DNA of 57,176 nucleotides from assembly GCF_001194135.2 (NCBI RefSeq), contig NC_068994.1:59417849-59475024 (forward strand), given 5' to 3'. Each line of letters opens with the position of its first letter. Positions within the stretch are counted from its first letter, which is position 1. Position numbers and translations under genes: made by a program. The notes under the pieces were generated by a model that was given only the letters and a program-made list of their open reading frames with translations, did no database searches and was not told where the DNA came from. The DNA is from Octopus bimaculoides (lineage: Eukaryota). Positions 22,475-34,544 of the stretch are shown piece after piece.

Positions 22475-24555
22475 TTCGGTTGATGAGTTTATTTACAATG
22501 TGGGGTTGTGTTCCTGAGTCGAATGTTGTTGCTATGTTGACCCTTTTATCGCTCTGTTGTCTGTATTAACGGTATTATTTGCGTACGATGCTGCTTCTAT
22601 GTATCAGTCTTACATGCATAAACGCAGACGCTCGATAGACATGATATTCCTATATATATAAATAATTGATGTATGGTCCCTGTTATTTTTGCTCTAACAT
22701 ATAAAGGTATTCTTATATATATAGATATGTGTGTGTGTGTTGTTACCCTAACTGGTTCGACTTTCTTTTTGTGGCCTACCCCCAATGGTGGGGCAGGTAC
22801 CTGTTGACGTCCATGTCAGTGGGTAACTTGTAACACAAATAAGAAAATGATGATGTTGCTGTGTTTAGTTCGATCACAAACTGTCAACATCCAGTGGCTG
22901 CTGATCACAACGGAACATCATCCAAACAATCCTCCTCTCTTCCCGATCACTTGGGAAGATTATGGACGAATCGGAAAAGTTTTCTTACATTTATTCCGGT
23001 TTTGTGCATTATGAGTTCAAATCTGGCCAAGGTGAACTTTACTTTTAACCCTCTCGAGGGTCAATAAAATAAAATACTAGTCAAGTACTGAGGTCGATGC
23101 AATCGACTTTCCCCTTCCTTCAGAACTACGAGCTTTCTTCACTCTAAACTACAAACGGTTAAGTTTTAACTTTTTGGTTTTTATTCCGTATAATTTTCTC
23201 ACTCGATTTCCTCATCTTGACCATCTCCAACACACACACACTCTCACTCACTCTCTCTCTCTCTCTCAAAAATGAAGAACTAATTCCTGACATGAACAAT
23301 TATTGAAATAATTCTTTAAAGAATTGATCTTTTAATTTATTTTTGCCAGATTCTTGGTTATAATTTCTGTTACACTGACACCCATTGGTTGCAATGACGA
23401 GGGTTCCAGCTGATCCAATCAACGGAACCGCCTGCTCGTGAAATTAATGTGCAAGTGGCTGAATACTCTACAGATATGTATACCCTTAATGTAAGGCGAT
23501 TATATTGACCCCCAGTGCTCAACTGGTTCTTATTTCATTGACTTTGAAAGGATGAAAGGCAAAGTCGACTCTGATGGCATTTGAACTCAACGTAAGGTCA
23601 GAAGAAATACTGTGACGCATTTTCCCCTAAGCAGTAACTTTTCTGCCAGCTTATTTATGAGAAATTAATCTCTAAAAATTTTGGTTTTAAAGACTTAATT
23701 TTCAAATATTTCAATAACATTGATTCATTCCCAATAGATTCGAAGAGATTCAGCCATGAATAACTGACCACTGTTGTTTTTCCTCATCAGAAAACATCTC
23801 CTCCCTTTAGATGGTGTATTTTCATAACACTGATGTAAGGAATCTTTGAGACAGTGTGGTGTTTCAACTTTATTGTGTGTCTTGTCTGTCAAAGCTACTC
23901 CAAACTGATAATAAATCTAACAAAATCTAACATAGGTTTGTTGAAAAATATCATCATTAAGTTGATGTGATTCTGTTAAAATCATTAACCAAACAGAAAA
24001 TATTTATTAACATCATCATATGAATGAAGTGATAGATGGAACATAGCAATGACCGGCATATTTGGTTTGTTTGTTAAGTATTGCAGATTCAGACAAAAAT
24101 CTTTAGCTACTCATTTCTAGATAATTTACTAACTAAACATGTCTTAACTACTATTTCCTCCATTTTCTTCTAATATAGGGCTTCTATGATCTTTTCATGA
24201 AACCCAGTCAAGCAATTTTCGTATTTTGTTAAACATCAAGTTTATCTTTAACCATTGAGTTTTCTTATTTAGTTTTTAAATTTTATTAAATTCTCACTCA
24301 TTTCATTTTCTTTTTCTGTCTTCTTTTTTCAGGAAGTTTCACCTTCCCAAGTAGAAAAATAAGTCTTCTTATTTGGAAACCTTAGGAAGTGAAGCCATTA
24401 ACCTAAAAAATGGTTTTGTATTTTTGTGAAGGTGATTCCAATCAGGAAGTTCCTCTTTCTAAAATTGTCAACTTTGCAGTCGGTTTGATTGTGAGACATT
24501 CAGTTTCCAAGGTTGCAGTTTGTTCGTCACACCAAGTTAACTGGGTTTAATTTCA

Positions 24556-26805
24556 ATGTTTGAAGACATGGAATATAAACTGCTTCAGTGTGAGATATGC
24601 AAACAAGGTTTTTCTGAAAATGATGAGCTGTCAATGCACAAATGTAGGAATACTGATGAAGAAAGTATTGAGGCAAAATGTCTTCCTTGTGATAACTTTC
24701 CTAATGAAACAGAGATCATCTGTGGCTTGAAATCTTGTGAAACAACAATAAACAACCATTTGACAGAAGATAAGGAAGTTGATGCCACAGAGAAATCATT
24801 TTGCATTATAACTTGTCTGCCAACTTCTCAAAGCAGGACTTTATCGAATGTAAAATCAGAAGAGAAACCATTTCACTGTGAAATTTGTGGCAAAACATTT
24901 TCCAGGAAGAATATCTTAATTGAGCATAAATGGACTCATACCAAGAATAAACCATACAGTTGTGAATTTTGTGGTAAAACCTTCTCTCATAGCAGTGGCT
25001 TATCTCATCATCGACTTATCCATACTGGCAACAAAACCTACCGCTGTGAAAGTTGTGGTAAAATATTTTCACAACGTAATTACTTGTCTAGACATGCTCG
25101 TACACACACTGGGGAAAAACCACACCACTGTGAGATCTGTGGTAAAAGTTTCTCTATTAAAAGTGATTTATCTCGCCATGGACGCATACACACAGGGGAA
25201 AAACCATATCAATGTGAAGTTTGTGGTAAAGCATTTTCTGTGAGTAGCAGCTTAGTTCAACACAAACGAATTCATACTGGTGAGAACCCATACCACTGTG
25301 AAATTTGTGGTAAGACTTTTACACAAAACAGTGTTTTAGTCCATCATAGACGTATTCACACTGGAGAAAAACCCTACCAATGTGGAATTTGTGGGAAATC
25401 GTTCTCTCGCAATAGTGCCTTAATTGAACACAAATGGGTTCACACTGAAGATAGACCTTACACTTGTGAAATATGCGGTAAAACTTTCTCTCGAAATAGT
25501 TATTTATCTCGACACACACGAATTCATACAGGAGAGAAACCACACCAGTGTGAAACTTGTGGGAAAGCTTTCTCTGAAAATAAGGATTTATCACGTCACA
25601 AACGAATACACACTGGGGAAAAGCCATTCCATTGTGAAATTTGCGGTAAAATGTTTTCTGTCAATAGTAGCTTGGTTCAGCATAAAAGAATCCATTCTGG
25701 AGAGAGTCCTTATAATTGTGATATTTGTGGGAAATCATTTTCTCAAAACAGTATACTAATTCAACATAAACGTTTACACTCAGGGGAAAACCCGTATATT
25801 TGTGATATTTGTGGGAAAATATTCTCTTTGAATCGTAGTTTAATACATCATAAACGGATCCATTCTGGTGAGAAACCATATCGATGTGGGATTTGTGATA
25901 AGACATTTGAAAGAGTTGGCACCTTAAATGAACATAAATGGATCCATGCCAAGAAGAAATTCTATCCCTGTGAAGTGTGTGGGAAATCGTTTTCTGCCAA
26001 TAGTTTTCTATCACAGCATATGCTCATTCATACACAAGAGAATACCTACTCATGTAACATCTGTGGTAAAAGCTTTTCTTTGAATATAGAATTAACACTT
26101 CATGCACAGTCACATGTATCTGAGAAATCCTATGATTGCAAAATTTGTGGTGAAATATTCTCTGAAAAAAGCAAACTAGTTGAACATGATCGAAGTCATT
26201 CTGGAGAGAAACCTTACAAATGTGGAATCTGTGGTAAGATTTATACTCAGAACCACTCGTTAATTCTTCACAAACGAATTCATTCGAGTGAAAAACGTCA
26301 CAAGTGTGAAGTTTGTTGCAAGACTTTCTCACGAAATAGTACTTTAACAGAACATAAATGGATTCACTCTAATGATAAACCATACTCTTGTGATATTTGT
26401 GGCAAAACATTTCCTCGTAATTTTGCTTTATCTCGACACAAACGTATTCACTCTGGAGAGAGGATGCACCAATGTGACAACTGTGGAAAAAGGTTCTCTG
26501 AAAAAGTAGCTTTGTCTCGTCATACACGAATACATACAGGGGAGAAACCGTTCCAGTGTGAAATTTGTGGCAAAGCATTTTCAGTTAATAGCAGCTTAGT
26601 TCAGCACATGAGAGTGCACACAGGAGAGAATCCTTATCAATGTGAAATTTGTGGCAAAGCATTTTCCCAAGGTAGTATCTTAGTTCAGCATAAAAGGGTT
26701 CACACTGGCGAGAAGTTATACGAATGTGAAATCTGCAGTAAAACCTTCTCTCGAAACAGTTCGTTAATTGAACACAAATTGATTCATTCAAAGGATAGAC
26801 TTTAA
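24556..26805 (+). CDS. C2H2 zinc-finger protein, N-terminal C2HC-like finger plus 23 tandem fingers, 749 aa (ZNF gene 2)
   Basis: Uninterrupted ORF. CEICKQGFSENDELSMHKC, an acidic Cys-containing spacer, then 23 canonical fingers. Confidence 0.95.
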   Translation: MFEDMEYKLLQCEICKQGFSENDELSMHKCRNTDEESIEAKCLPCDNFPNETEIICGLKSCETTINNHLTEDKEVDATEKSFCIITCLPTSQSRTLSNVKSEEKPFHCEICGKTFSRKNILIEHKWTHTKNKPYSCEFCGKTFSHSSGLSHHRLIHTGNKTYRCESCGKIFSQRNYLSRHARTHTGEKPHHCEICGKSFSIKSDLSRHGRIHTGEKPYQCEVCGKAFSVSSSLVQHKRIHTGENPYHCEICGKTFTQNSVLVHHRRIHTGEKPYQCGICGKSFSRNSALIEHKWVHTEDRPYTCEICGKTFSRNSYLSRHTRIHTGEKPHQCETCGKAFSENKDLSRHKRIHTGEKPFHCEICGKMFSVNSSLVQHKRIHSGESPYNCDICGKSFSQNSILIQHKRLHSGENPYICDICGKIFSLNRSLIHHKRIHSGEKPYRCGICDKTFERVGTLNEHKWIHAKKKFYPCEVCGKSFSANSFLSQHMLIHTQENTYSCNICGKSFSLNIELTLHAQSHVSEKSYDCKICGEIFSEKSKLVEHDRSHSGEKPYKCGICGKIYTQNHSLILHKRIHSSEKRHKCEVCCKTFSRNSTLTEHKWIHSNDKPYSCDICGKTFPRNFALSRHKRIHSGERMHQCDNCGKRFSEKVALSRHTRIHTGEKPFQCEICGKAFSVNSSLVQHMRVHTGENPYQCEICGKAFSQGSILVQHKRVHTGEKLYECEICSKTFSRNSSLIEHKLIHSKDRL

Positions 26806-26871
26806 TCTTGTGAAATGTGTGATAAAACATTTTTTTATGAAAAAAACTTATTGAGTCACAAATGAATACAC
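26806..26871 (+). pseudogene. Cryptic in-frame 24th zinc finger downstream of the ZNF gene 2 stop
   Basis: After TAA (26803-26805) the same frame reads SCEMCDKTFFYEKNLLSHK*IH, with TGA at 26863-26865. Confidence 0.85.
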
Positions 26872-27594
26872 AAAGAAGATGACCATCACTGTGATAAGAC
26901 CTCACACGTTACGATTACATTCCAAAGTTCTTGTGAATTCTAAATTGAAAGATACACTCGTTCCTGCCTGAGTATCTCTGACACTTAACTCATTACCTCA
27001 TCATTTCCCTATATCGTTACATTGTCATTACTTTGTATCATTGCCTATATAATTACTCAAATCATTACCCTACAGCCTAACGAGGCTCCACTTCGTAAAC
27101 AGTTTGGGATATCATTAACAACTTCCTGTTATGTATTTGATACCAGCCTCGTTAATCCTCTCAACAATAACAATATTCTACCAACAACATCTTTGAGTTA
27201 ATGAATTGTTAAGTTGAGACGACAGCAAAGTATTTAATCTTATTTTTTTACATGTCTTTCATAACAAATGCAGTCAGTTATTGGTTATGTATTTCACCAG
27301 CAACCTTTGGCTTTTTTGGAATTTTTTTTTTTTTTTGCAAAACATTTCTATTTATTAAACCAACATTCCAGTTATGAGTTTCTTTTTCTTTTTTTAATCC
27401 TCTGTTTTGTTATATGCATCATCATCATCATTGTTTAAAGTGGACGTTAAATGATGTTTATGTTGCATGTTGATGTTGAAAGACAAAACAAGCAGTGACC
27501 TGCAGAAACGTTTGGGAATAGTTTTAAGTAAAAAGGCCTAAAGTTCCAAATGGCAGACATAAGATTACTAATTAATACCAATGCCAATATATCA

Positions 27595-27790
27595 TCAACA
27601 TCATCTTCATTTAATGTTAGTTCTCCAAGCTGGCATGGGTTGGAAGGTTGAACAGGATCGGCACCCGGTTCCATAGTCTGCTTTGGCATAGTTTCTACAG
27701 CTGGATGCCCTTCCTAAAGACAACTACGTTTCAGAGTGTATTGAGTGCTTTTTATGTGACACCAGCAGAAACAGGGTCGTCAAGTACTTT
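27595..27790 (-). repeat. Copy of the gggcatccagctgtagaaac interspersed repeat with (GAT)n tail
   Basis: Forward catcatc...gctggcatgggttgga...tttctacagctggatgcccttcc...gagtgctttttatgtg; the reverse complement of the repeat at 520-668 and 35630-35800. Confidence 0.7.
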
Positions 27791-29439
27791 GCAAGACACC
27801 TCAACTGAGAGTGGGTGTGGCTGTGTGCCAGAAGGGACAGATATAGGTGTGTTGCTGTAGAATAGATACCCCAGTGAAGAAACAAAGGAGCTGGAAAATA
27901 CCTTTACTGAGTATATCAGAAGAAGATTGCTAAGAACTCCATCATGCGTACTTGATAGAAGCAGAGAGCTTTCTGGCAAACCAACAGGTAACCAGTGCAC
28001 TAGTACAGAAGTAATTAGCTGTAGAGTCACCGATCAAACAAACTCCATGGATTACTACTCCAGTGTCATGATAAATTTGGTTGATAATTTCTGTTACCTA
28101 GGTGATCTAATTGGTGTTGCCGTGGTTGGATTGTCAGTAGGGTACAGACATTAAGGAAATATGGAGGAAGAGCTGGCGACATGCGAAAATCTTCGACAGT
28201 GTAAGTATTGAATGTGACGGATCTGAGACTGGGAAGAAACGAGTTGATTATGATCTGTTGGATGTGTTTTTACTGATAAAACAAGGAATAAATGAGCTGA
28301 GAAAGTGGCTTGGTTTACAGTCAAAGCTTCAGTTGATATGGAAGAGGTGAGGAAGCTTGTGTCATGTGCTGACGGTCCCATAGAAGTGGATTGATCTCAT
28401 ATTAGGCTCACAGATGAGGTGGCACATTCGTTGGTACACTGCAAACAGGAGTGGGGTTAATTGATTGTACAATGTAGATAATGTGTTTACGAAAAGAAGA
28501 AAAAAATCTTTAAAACAGGGGTGGATAACTTCACTAAGATTAGTCGTATTAGAGTTATCTCTCTTGAGATGTTTCAAGGTTCTTAACCCATTGCCTGCCA
28601 GGAGCCCCATTTGGGGATCTGCTAAAAACAATTTGGATTGGAGAGGGGGTTAAGTATTTCGTGTCTTGACAATCCTTGAGCATGCATTTTATTGAATCCT
28701 ACAGATATGTTCAAATTGAAACCATATGGTCTAGGGTTCAGTTAGTATGGCCCCTTGGATAAATGTCTTCCACTTTAACACAACCAACGCCTTGGTAGTA
28801 CATTTTGGAGACAAAAACTGAAAGAAGACAGTCATACATACACACATATAAATACGCATGTGTGTGTGTTCGTGTTGCCTTGACTTGACATTGTGCTTTG
28901 GTTGTAAACGAGTGTTACTGTCATATAAGCGTTGTCGTTCATTTCCAGTATCCTGCAAAACCATGTCTAGCCAAAGGGGAAACTATTAAGTCGCTTGATT
29001 ACAGGTGAGGCTTCGTGACAGAAAAGGTATCCAGCTCTCGAAAATCTGCCTCAGTGAATTCCGTCTGACCCATGCAAGCATGAAAAAGTGGATGTTAAAA
29101 CAATGATGAATTTCTCTAAAATGAATTTTTTTTTTTACTCCTGAAATTTAGCAGATACATTTTCGAGAGCGCAGATTACGATTGTCTTCACGATATTAAC
29201 GAAAATTTGGAGGACATTCAGATATTATTCCTCTATTCTCGAATTTGTTTTAGAGAAATTCATCATGGAATGAATTGGATGGGGCCCTAAACTGTAGTTA
29301 TGCTTATTTGTTTTCTTTCGGTTACTATCACTTTGTTGCATATGGAGAAAGTTGGAAAGATTGCTGAAGTATTTTACTAGTATTTATCAACTGCAGACGA
29401 AACCAAAGAGTAGCAATAAATTCCACAAAATATTAGACC

Positions 29440-29719
29440 GATTCCTTAGCAATTCCCCCCTCGCGGGGCCGTCCCTCATTGTTAGTTTAGTTTGGACTAT
29501 CACAACTTCCGGTATGGATCGCTTAGTTAGTCCAATACTTCCGCCATTTCTTCGTTAGTTTCTATTTTGTTTTATTCCTTTCCTAATTATTAATTAATTT
29601 TGTGTTTTTCTTAATTATTAATTAATTTCGTCAATGATTTAATAAGGAAACAAAGTAGAAGACATATCGTTGTCGGTTGTCTTAAAAATAGAGACAATAT
29701 CCGAGTCCTGTCGGTAAGT
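29440..29719 (+). promoter_or_regulatory. Candidate promoter / first exon of ZNF gene 3 with ETS and YY1 motifs
   Basis: ACTTCCGGT (29505-29513, ETS consensus), ACTTCCGCCATTT (29537-29549, containing YY1-type CGCCATTT) and donor TCG|GTAAGT (GT 29714-29715). Acceptor ctctgcAG at 31656-31657. Confidence 0.6.
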
Positions 29720-30039
29720 TAATGTCTTTCTATAACATCAATGACTCTCTCTCTCTCTCCGGTTGAATACCAGTAATACACTGGTCTTCTATTCAATCAT
29801 TGATTGAAACTACGGTTGATGTGTCTAGAATAAGAAACAATACACGAAAATATTTACCAAACGGGTAAATCTTATCGTGTTTTGTTTTTTGTTTTTTTAT
29901 CTGACAAAAACATAAACATTCACTACAGCTGACCCATTTCTCACTCAGTGGACATCTGATCAACGATATTCCCATTATGACCATCCCTCTTTAAGCATAA
30001 TGTATCTAGGTTTTGTTTTTGTTTAAGACAGACTGTAGG

Positions 30040-30480
30040 GTATGTTTACAGGAAGCTGTGGGTGTTCGGATCGAGCGATTGAACCTCGAATCACGAGGCT
30101 TCAAGGTAAACTTAGCTAAGACCCTGTTGTTAGTATGTAGGAAACAGGGTAGAACCCTGATGCCATCAGAAAAATGGCTTTATTCGATATGCAGAAAACG
30201 AATTGGTAGAATCTTCATGCTTACCCGCAATGGAAACGCAAGAGGTGTAGTGGAATCCCCGGAAGATTAACAAAGAAGAAAGATTGCGTATGGGGCAGTA
30301 AGCGCCAATACACATCAGAAAAAGGCTTGTCTGGTTCGCTAGAAGTAGTGGATAGCTTCTGATACCTAGGTGTCATAATTAGCAGTGTTCTGAAAATACC
30401 CAGGCCAAGGACAGGTTGGGTAAAAAAAAAAATTGATGGCGCGATTCTGCTGGCAACAAAGTCTTCTTACTCAAAGTGAA
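30040..30480 (+). mobile_element. RTE-type LINE RT C-terminal remnant
   Basis: LESRGFKVNLAKT (cf. GL.VN..KT), then SICRK and LEVVDSF*YLG. Related fragments at about 27900-28200 (VDNFCYLGD) and 41860-41990 (CSICRK...CTHCKLWTH). Confidence 0.6.
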
Positions 30481-31134
30481 TGTAACTGCGATACTGACTA
30501 GTCTATACTTTCTTCCCACCTCTTCACCTGAGAACCCCCACCTCTGATCTACCCGTTAATCACCTTCCTTCTTTCACCCATCTCCCTATTCACATCAATC
30601 ATCCCATTCCTCCTTCCCCATCTCAGATACCAGGGGTGTGAGTGCCCACCACTTATTGAAGCTTACAAACCATGAATGGGCCTTGCCCTTTTTGACCCCC
30701 TCCCTCACCATCATTCCACCTACATCAGAGACTTCGTTCATCCTCATCTCTCTACCCTTACCCACCTTCCCTCCTCCATTTCCCTGTTCTTTTCACCCCC
30801 ACCCACCCCCTCAACCAATCATAACATCTTTCCTTTCACCACCACCTGNNNNNNNNNNNNNNNNNNNNNNNNNNNNNNNNNNNNNNNNNNNNNNNNNNNN
30901 NNNNNNNNNNNNNNNNNNNNNNNNNNNNNNNNNNNNNNNNNNNNNNNNNNNNNNNNNNNNNNNNNNNNNNNNNNNNNNNNNNNNNNNNNNNNNNNNNNNN
31001 NNNNNNNNNNNNNNNNNNNNNNNNNNNNNNNNNNNNNNNNNNNNNNNNNNNNNNNNNNNNNNNNNNNNNNNNNNNNNNNNNNNNNNNNNNNNNNNNNNNN
31101 NNNNNNNNNNNNNNNNNNNNNNNNNNNNNNNNTT

Positions 31135-31138
31135 CTTC

Positions 31139-31187
<49 letters not shown>

Positions 31188-31219
31188 TATTATTATCATT
31201 ATTATTATTATTATTATTA

Positions 31220-31270
<51 letters not shown>
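31135..31270. repeat. (ATT)n microsatellite with ATC variants
   Basis: Direct reading. It explains the poly-I/L/N ORFs in the track. Confidence 0.95.
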
Positions 31271-31271
<1 letters not shown>

Positions 31272-31281
31272 ATAGATTAAC

Positions 31282-31501
31282 AAAATGGCAAGCTGGCAGA
31301 ATCGTTAGCACATTAGACGAAATGCTTAATTGTATTTCACCCATCACTACATTTTGAGTTCAAATTCCACCGAGGTTGACTTTGCCTTTCATCCTTTCGT
31401 AGTTGATGAAATAAATACCAGTTACACACTGGGGTCGATGTAATAGACTTGCCCCCTTCCCCCAAATCTCAGGCCTTCTTATAGTAGAAAGGATTATTAA
31501 G
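31282..31501 (+). mobile_element. SINE family B, full length, probable 9-bp TSD
   Basis: gctggcagaatcgttagcac...gagttcaaattccaccgaggttgactttgcctttcatcc...ctggggtcgatgtaat. TAGATTAAC lies on both sides (31273-31281 and 31502-31510). Confidence 0.85.
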
Positions 31502-31748
31502 TAGATTAACTAATTATTATTAGTAAATAGATTAATTAATAGTGTTAATTGAAGTTATTAGATGACATTATTGTGCATTGTTGTTGTACAAGTTTGTTGT
31601 TCTGTGGTCGTATGTTTTATAGTTTTTCTACAAATTTCTTTCCTTTTTCCTCTGCAGGGAAAGAAATCATAAGAAATTCTTGATGGATCTTTGATGATAT
31701 TTCTTTGGGGAATATTCTAGAAGAAATAACCGAGGAGTCCAACAGAAA

Positions 31749-32624
31749 ATGAAAACAGAAAAGAAGAAAAAACTATTCAACTGTGAATACTGCTGTAAAG
31801 AATTTCTTTACAACAGTGATTTGATACGTCACAGCCGAACGCACACGGGAGAGAAACCTTACCACTGTGGTGTTTGTGGAAAATCTTTTGCTTTCAGCAG
31901 TGGGTTTTATAGTCACCAAAGAACACATTTGGGAGACAAACCGTACCATTGCGAACTTTGTGATAAGAAGTTTGCTCAAAAGAGTGGATTGAACCGGCAT
32001 AAACTGCGACATACAAACAAAAAGACGTATCACTGTGAAACTTGTGGAAATACGTTCTATGAAAAATATGCTTTAGCTCGTCACCAACAAATACACACAG
32101 AAAATAAACCGTATCAATGCGAAGTTTGTGGTCGATCGTTTTTTCAAAACAATGACTTAGCAACGCATATAAAAACACACACTGGAGAAAAACCATTCAG
32201 TTGTAATATTTGTGGTAAAAAGTTTTCTCGGAGCACACATTTACCAAGTCACTTGAGACTGCACACAGGTGAGAAACCATATCGCTGTGAGACTTGTGGC
32301 AAAACTTTTGCCCAAAGTAGCCATTTATATACTCATAAAGTACTCCATACAGGAGAGAAGAGATATCGTTGTGATGTTTGTGGGAAGACCTTTGCCCAAC
32401 GAGCCCACCTAACTGGCCACACGCAACTGCATGGCGGCGATCAGCCTTATAAATGTGATATATGTGGTAAAGGATTTGCTTTCAATTGTAATCTAAATGA
32501 TCACAAACTTATTCATAGCGGAGAGAAACCACATCGATGTGATGTTTGTGAAAAAGCATTTACTGATAGAAGTACTCTTGCCAAACACAGACGAACTCAT
32601 ATTCCTGATGTGGTCTATGAGTGA
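31749..32624 (+). CDS. C2H2 zinc-finger protein, 10 tandem fingers, 291 aa (ZNF gene 3)
   Basis: Uninterrupted ORF with 10 canonical fingers. Acceptor at 31657 and AATAAA at 32704-32709. Confidence 0.95.
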   Translation: MKTEKKKKLFNCEYCCKEFLYNSDLIRHSRTHTGEKPYHCGVCGKSFAFSSGFYSHQRTHLGDKPYHCELCDKKFAQKSGLNRHKLRHTNKKTYHCETCGNTFYEKYALARHQQIHTENKPYQCEVCGRSFFQNNDLATHIKTHTGEKPFSCNICGKKFSRSTHLPSHLRLHTGEKPYRCETCGKTFAQSSHLYTHKVLHTGEKRYRCDVCGKTFAQRAHLTGHTQLHGGDQPYKCDICGKGFAFNCNLNDHKLIHSGEKPHRCDVCEKAFTDRSTLAKHRRTHIPDVVYE

Positions 32625-33085
32625 GCTTTGCTTGCTTTCTACACATGCAATGATTGGTTATTATATAGCTGGGGTTCAATCAGATTTATTTTATTGATAA
32701 ATTAATAAATCATTTTTTAGAGATAATTAATAATACAATTGTGATTTGGGATTACAAAACTAAAATAATAGCTTCTTAAAAGAAAAAAAGTGAGACATGA
32801 ATCAGTGAAGAAATATCCGAGGGAATAAAAGACTACGACGAGAGAAAGAGGAAACGGTTGTTCATGGCTAAACCTTGTCATCAGTTGTGAGACCCAACTT
32901 TCCCTGTATTGAGTTCAGCATTTCTTACAAGCCTTCCAAAGCCTATTTTTATTTCAGATTATTTTCCTCTTTCTCTCGTCGTAGAGTTTTATTACCTCGG
33001 ATATTTCTTCACCGATTCATGTCTCACTTTTAAATAAAATGTATTGAAGATAGATGACTGGTGTTGAATGCCAAAAAAGAAGAAA

Positions 33086-33127
<42 letters not shown>

Positions 33128-34544
33128 GGCTGTGAGCTGATGATGGGAAGTGTTCAGATATGTCAGCCAAGCAAGACTTGTGATAAAGCAACCCATAGGA
33201 GGAAGTATTAAAAGATGTAGGATTTTATTTTAGATAATGATAAAAACATGGGTGTATATGTACATAAACATACAATGGAATCTTGGTTTACAAATTTAGT
33301 TTGTTCCTGAAGACTGTTCATCACCCAGAATATTTGTAAACTGAAATTATTTTCCTCTTTGGAAATTCAAAGAAAATGTGGGGAATTCGAGCAGGGAAGG
33401 GCACTGAGTGAAAGCCTGGCAACAACTGATTCTGCTCTCTCTTGCTGACACTCCCAGTTTGTCAGCAGCCGTTAGTGCTGGGTTGTGGTGTTCATCACCT
33501 GTAATGTTTTGTGCTTGAAAAATTGTTCATAAACTGATTTGTTTATGATGAGAGGCATTCAGAAACCAAGGTTCCACTATGTGTGTGTGTATATATTCAC
33601 CAACATATATACAGACATATACACATGTACAAACACATGTATGCATGAACATATATACACACATTAAACAAATTGGGGAGAACAGCAATTGTAATAAGGT
33701 GTATATAGATATTAACAATGGTAGTTTTGTATTGACTGGATTTTTTTCCCCTAAAATCTATCAGATTCTCTAATCAATGTCACTAGTTTATGTATAAAAT
33801 AAAGTTAATTAAATCCTGAACAAGATACAAACTTGAAACATAAGAATTCATTTGGATTTTTATATGATTTTATTGAGTCTACTGGAAAAATATGGTCATA
33901 ATTGTTGTTTTTTTTTGTATATTTTACATGTGTGTGTGTGTGTGGTGGGGGTTACCATTTTACTAACTGGCAAGAAAATGAGTGTTTTTAATTCTTGAAG
34001 CCAGAAATATATTTCACCTTGTTGGTAAATTGATCATGAGTGGTGGAAATGTTAAATACCAAACCAAATCTTTACTGAATTCGGTTTTTTATATCCAAGT
34101 TGGGTTCAAATCACAACAGAAGTTAATATGTTTGTTTCGTTAACCCTTTCGTTACCGTATTTCTGTTGAGATGCTCTGTGTTTCTTTCAATTACTTTGAA
34201 TATAACTGATTATTTAGTAAAATTATAAGTTGTAATGAATGCATATTTCTATGTAGCAGAATGCAAAACAGTAAATATAGTGTCCTTAGGAGGTTGCATA
34301 CCAAGTTTCAATACAATTGACTAATATCTTGATGTTCCTCATTGACTATAAATAGAATGGGAGTGTGAACTTCTCTCCACTGCCACTGCAACGGTTGTTG
34401 CGTGTGGACGTATGTTGGACATGTGTAAAGTTTTCTGCTTTGTACCTTGACTTTAGACCATTCTGTTAATATTAATGATTGTATTAAATTTAGTGTTATT
34501 TACATTTAGTGATGACTCATAAAGCAATAACGCGTCATGATATT

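Noticed and set aside
30638-31357. Long ORFs with poly-L/I/N or YI/CV repeats (also at 3352, 6933, 11364 and 52577-53314)
   Set aside because: These are artefacts of microsatellites and N gaps, which contain no stop codons.
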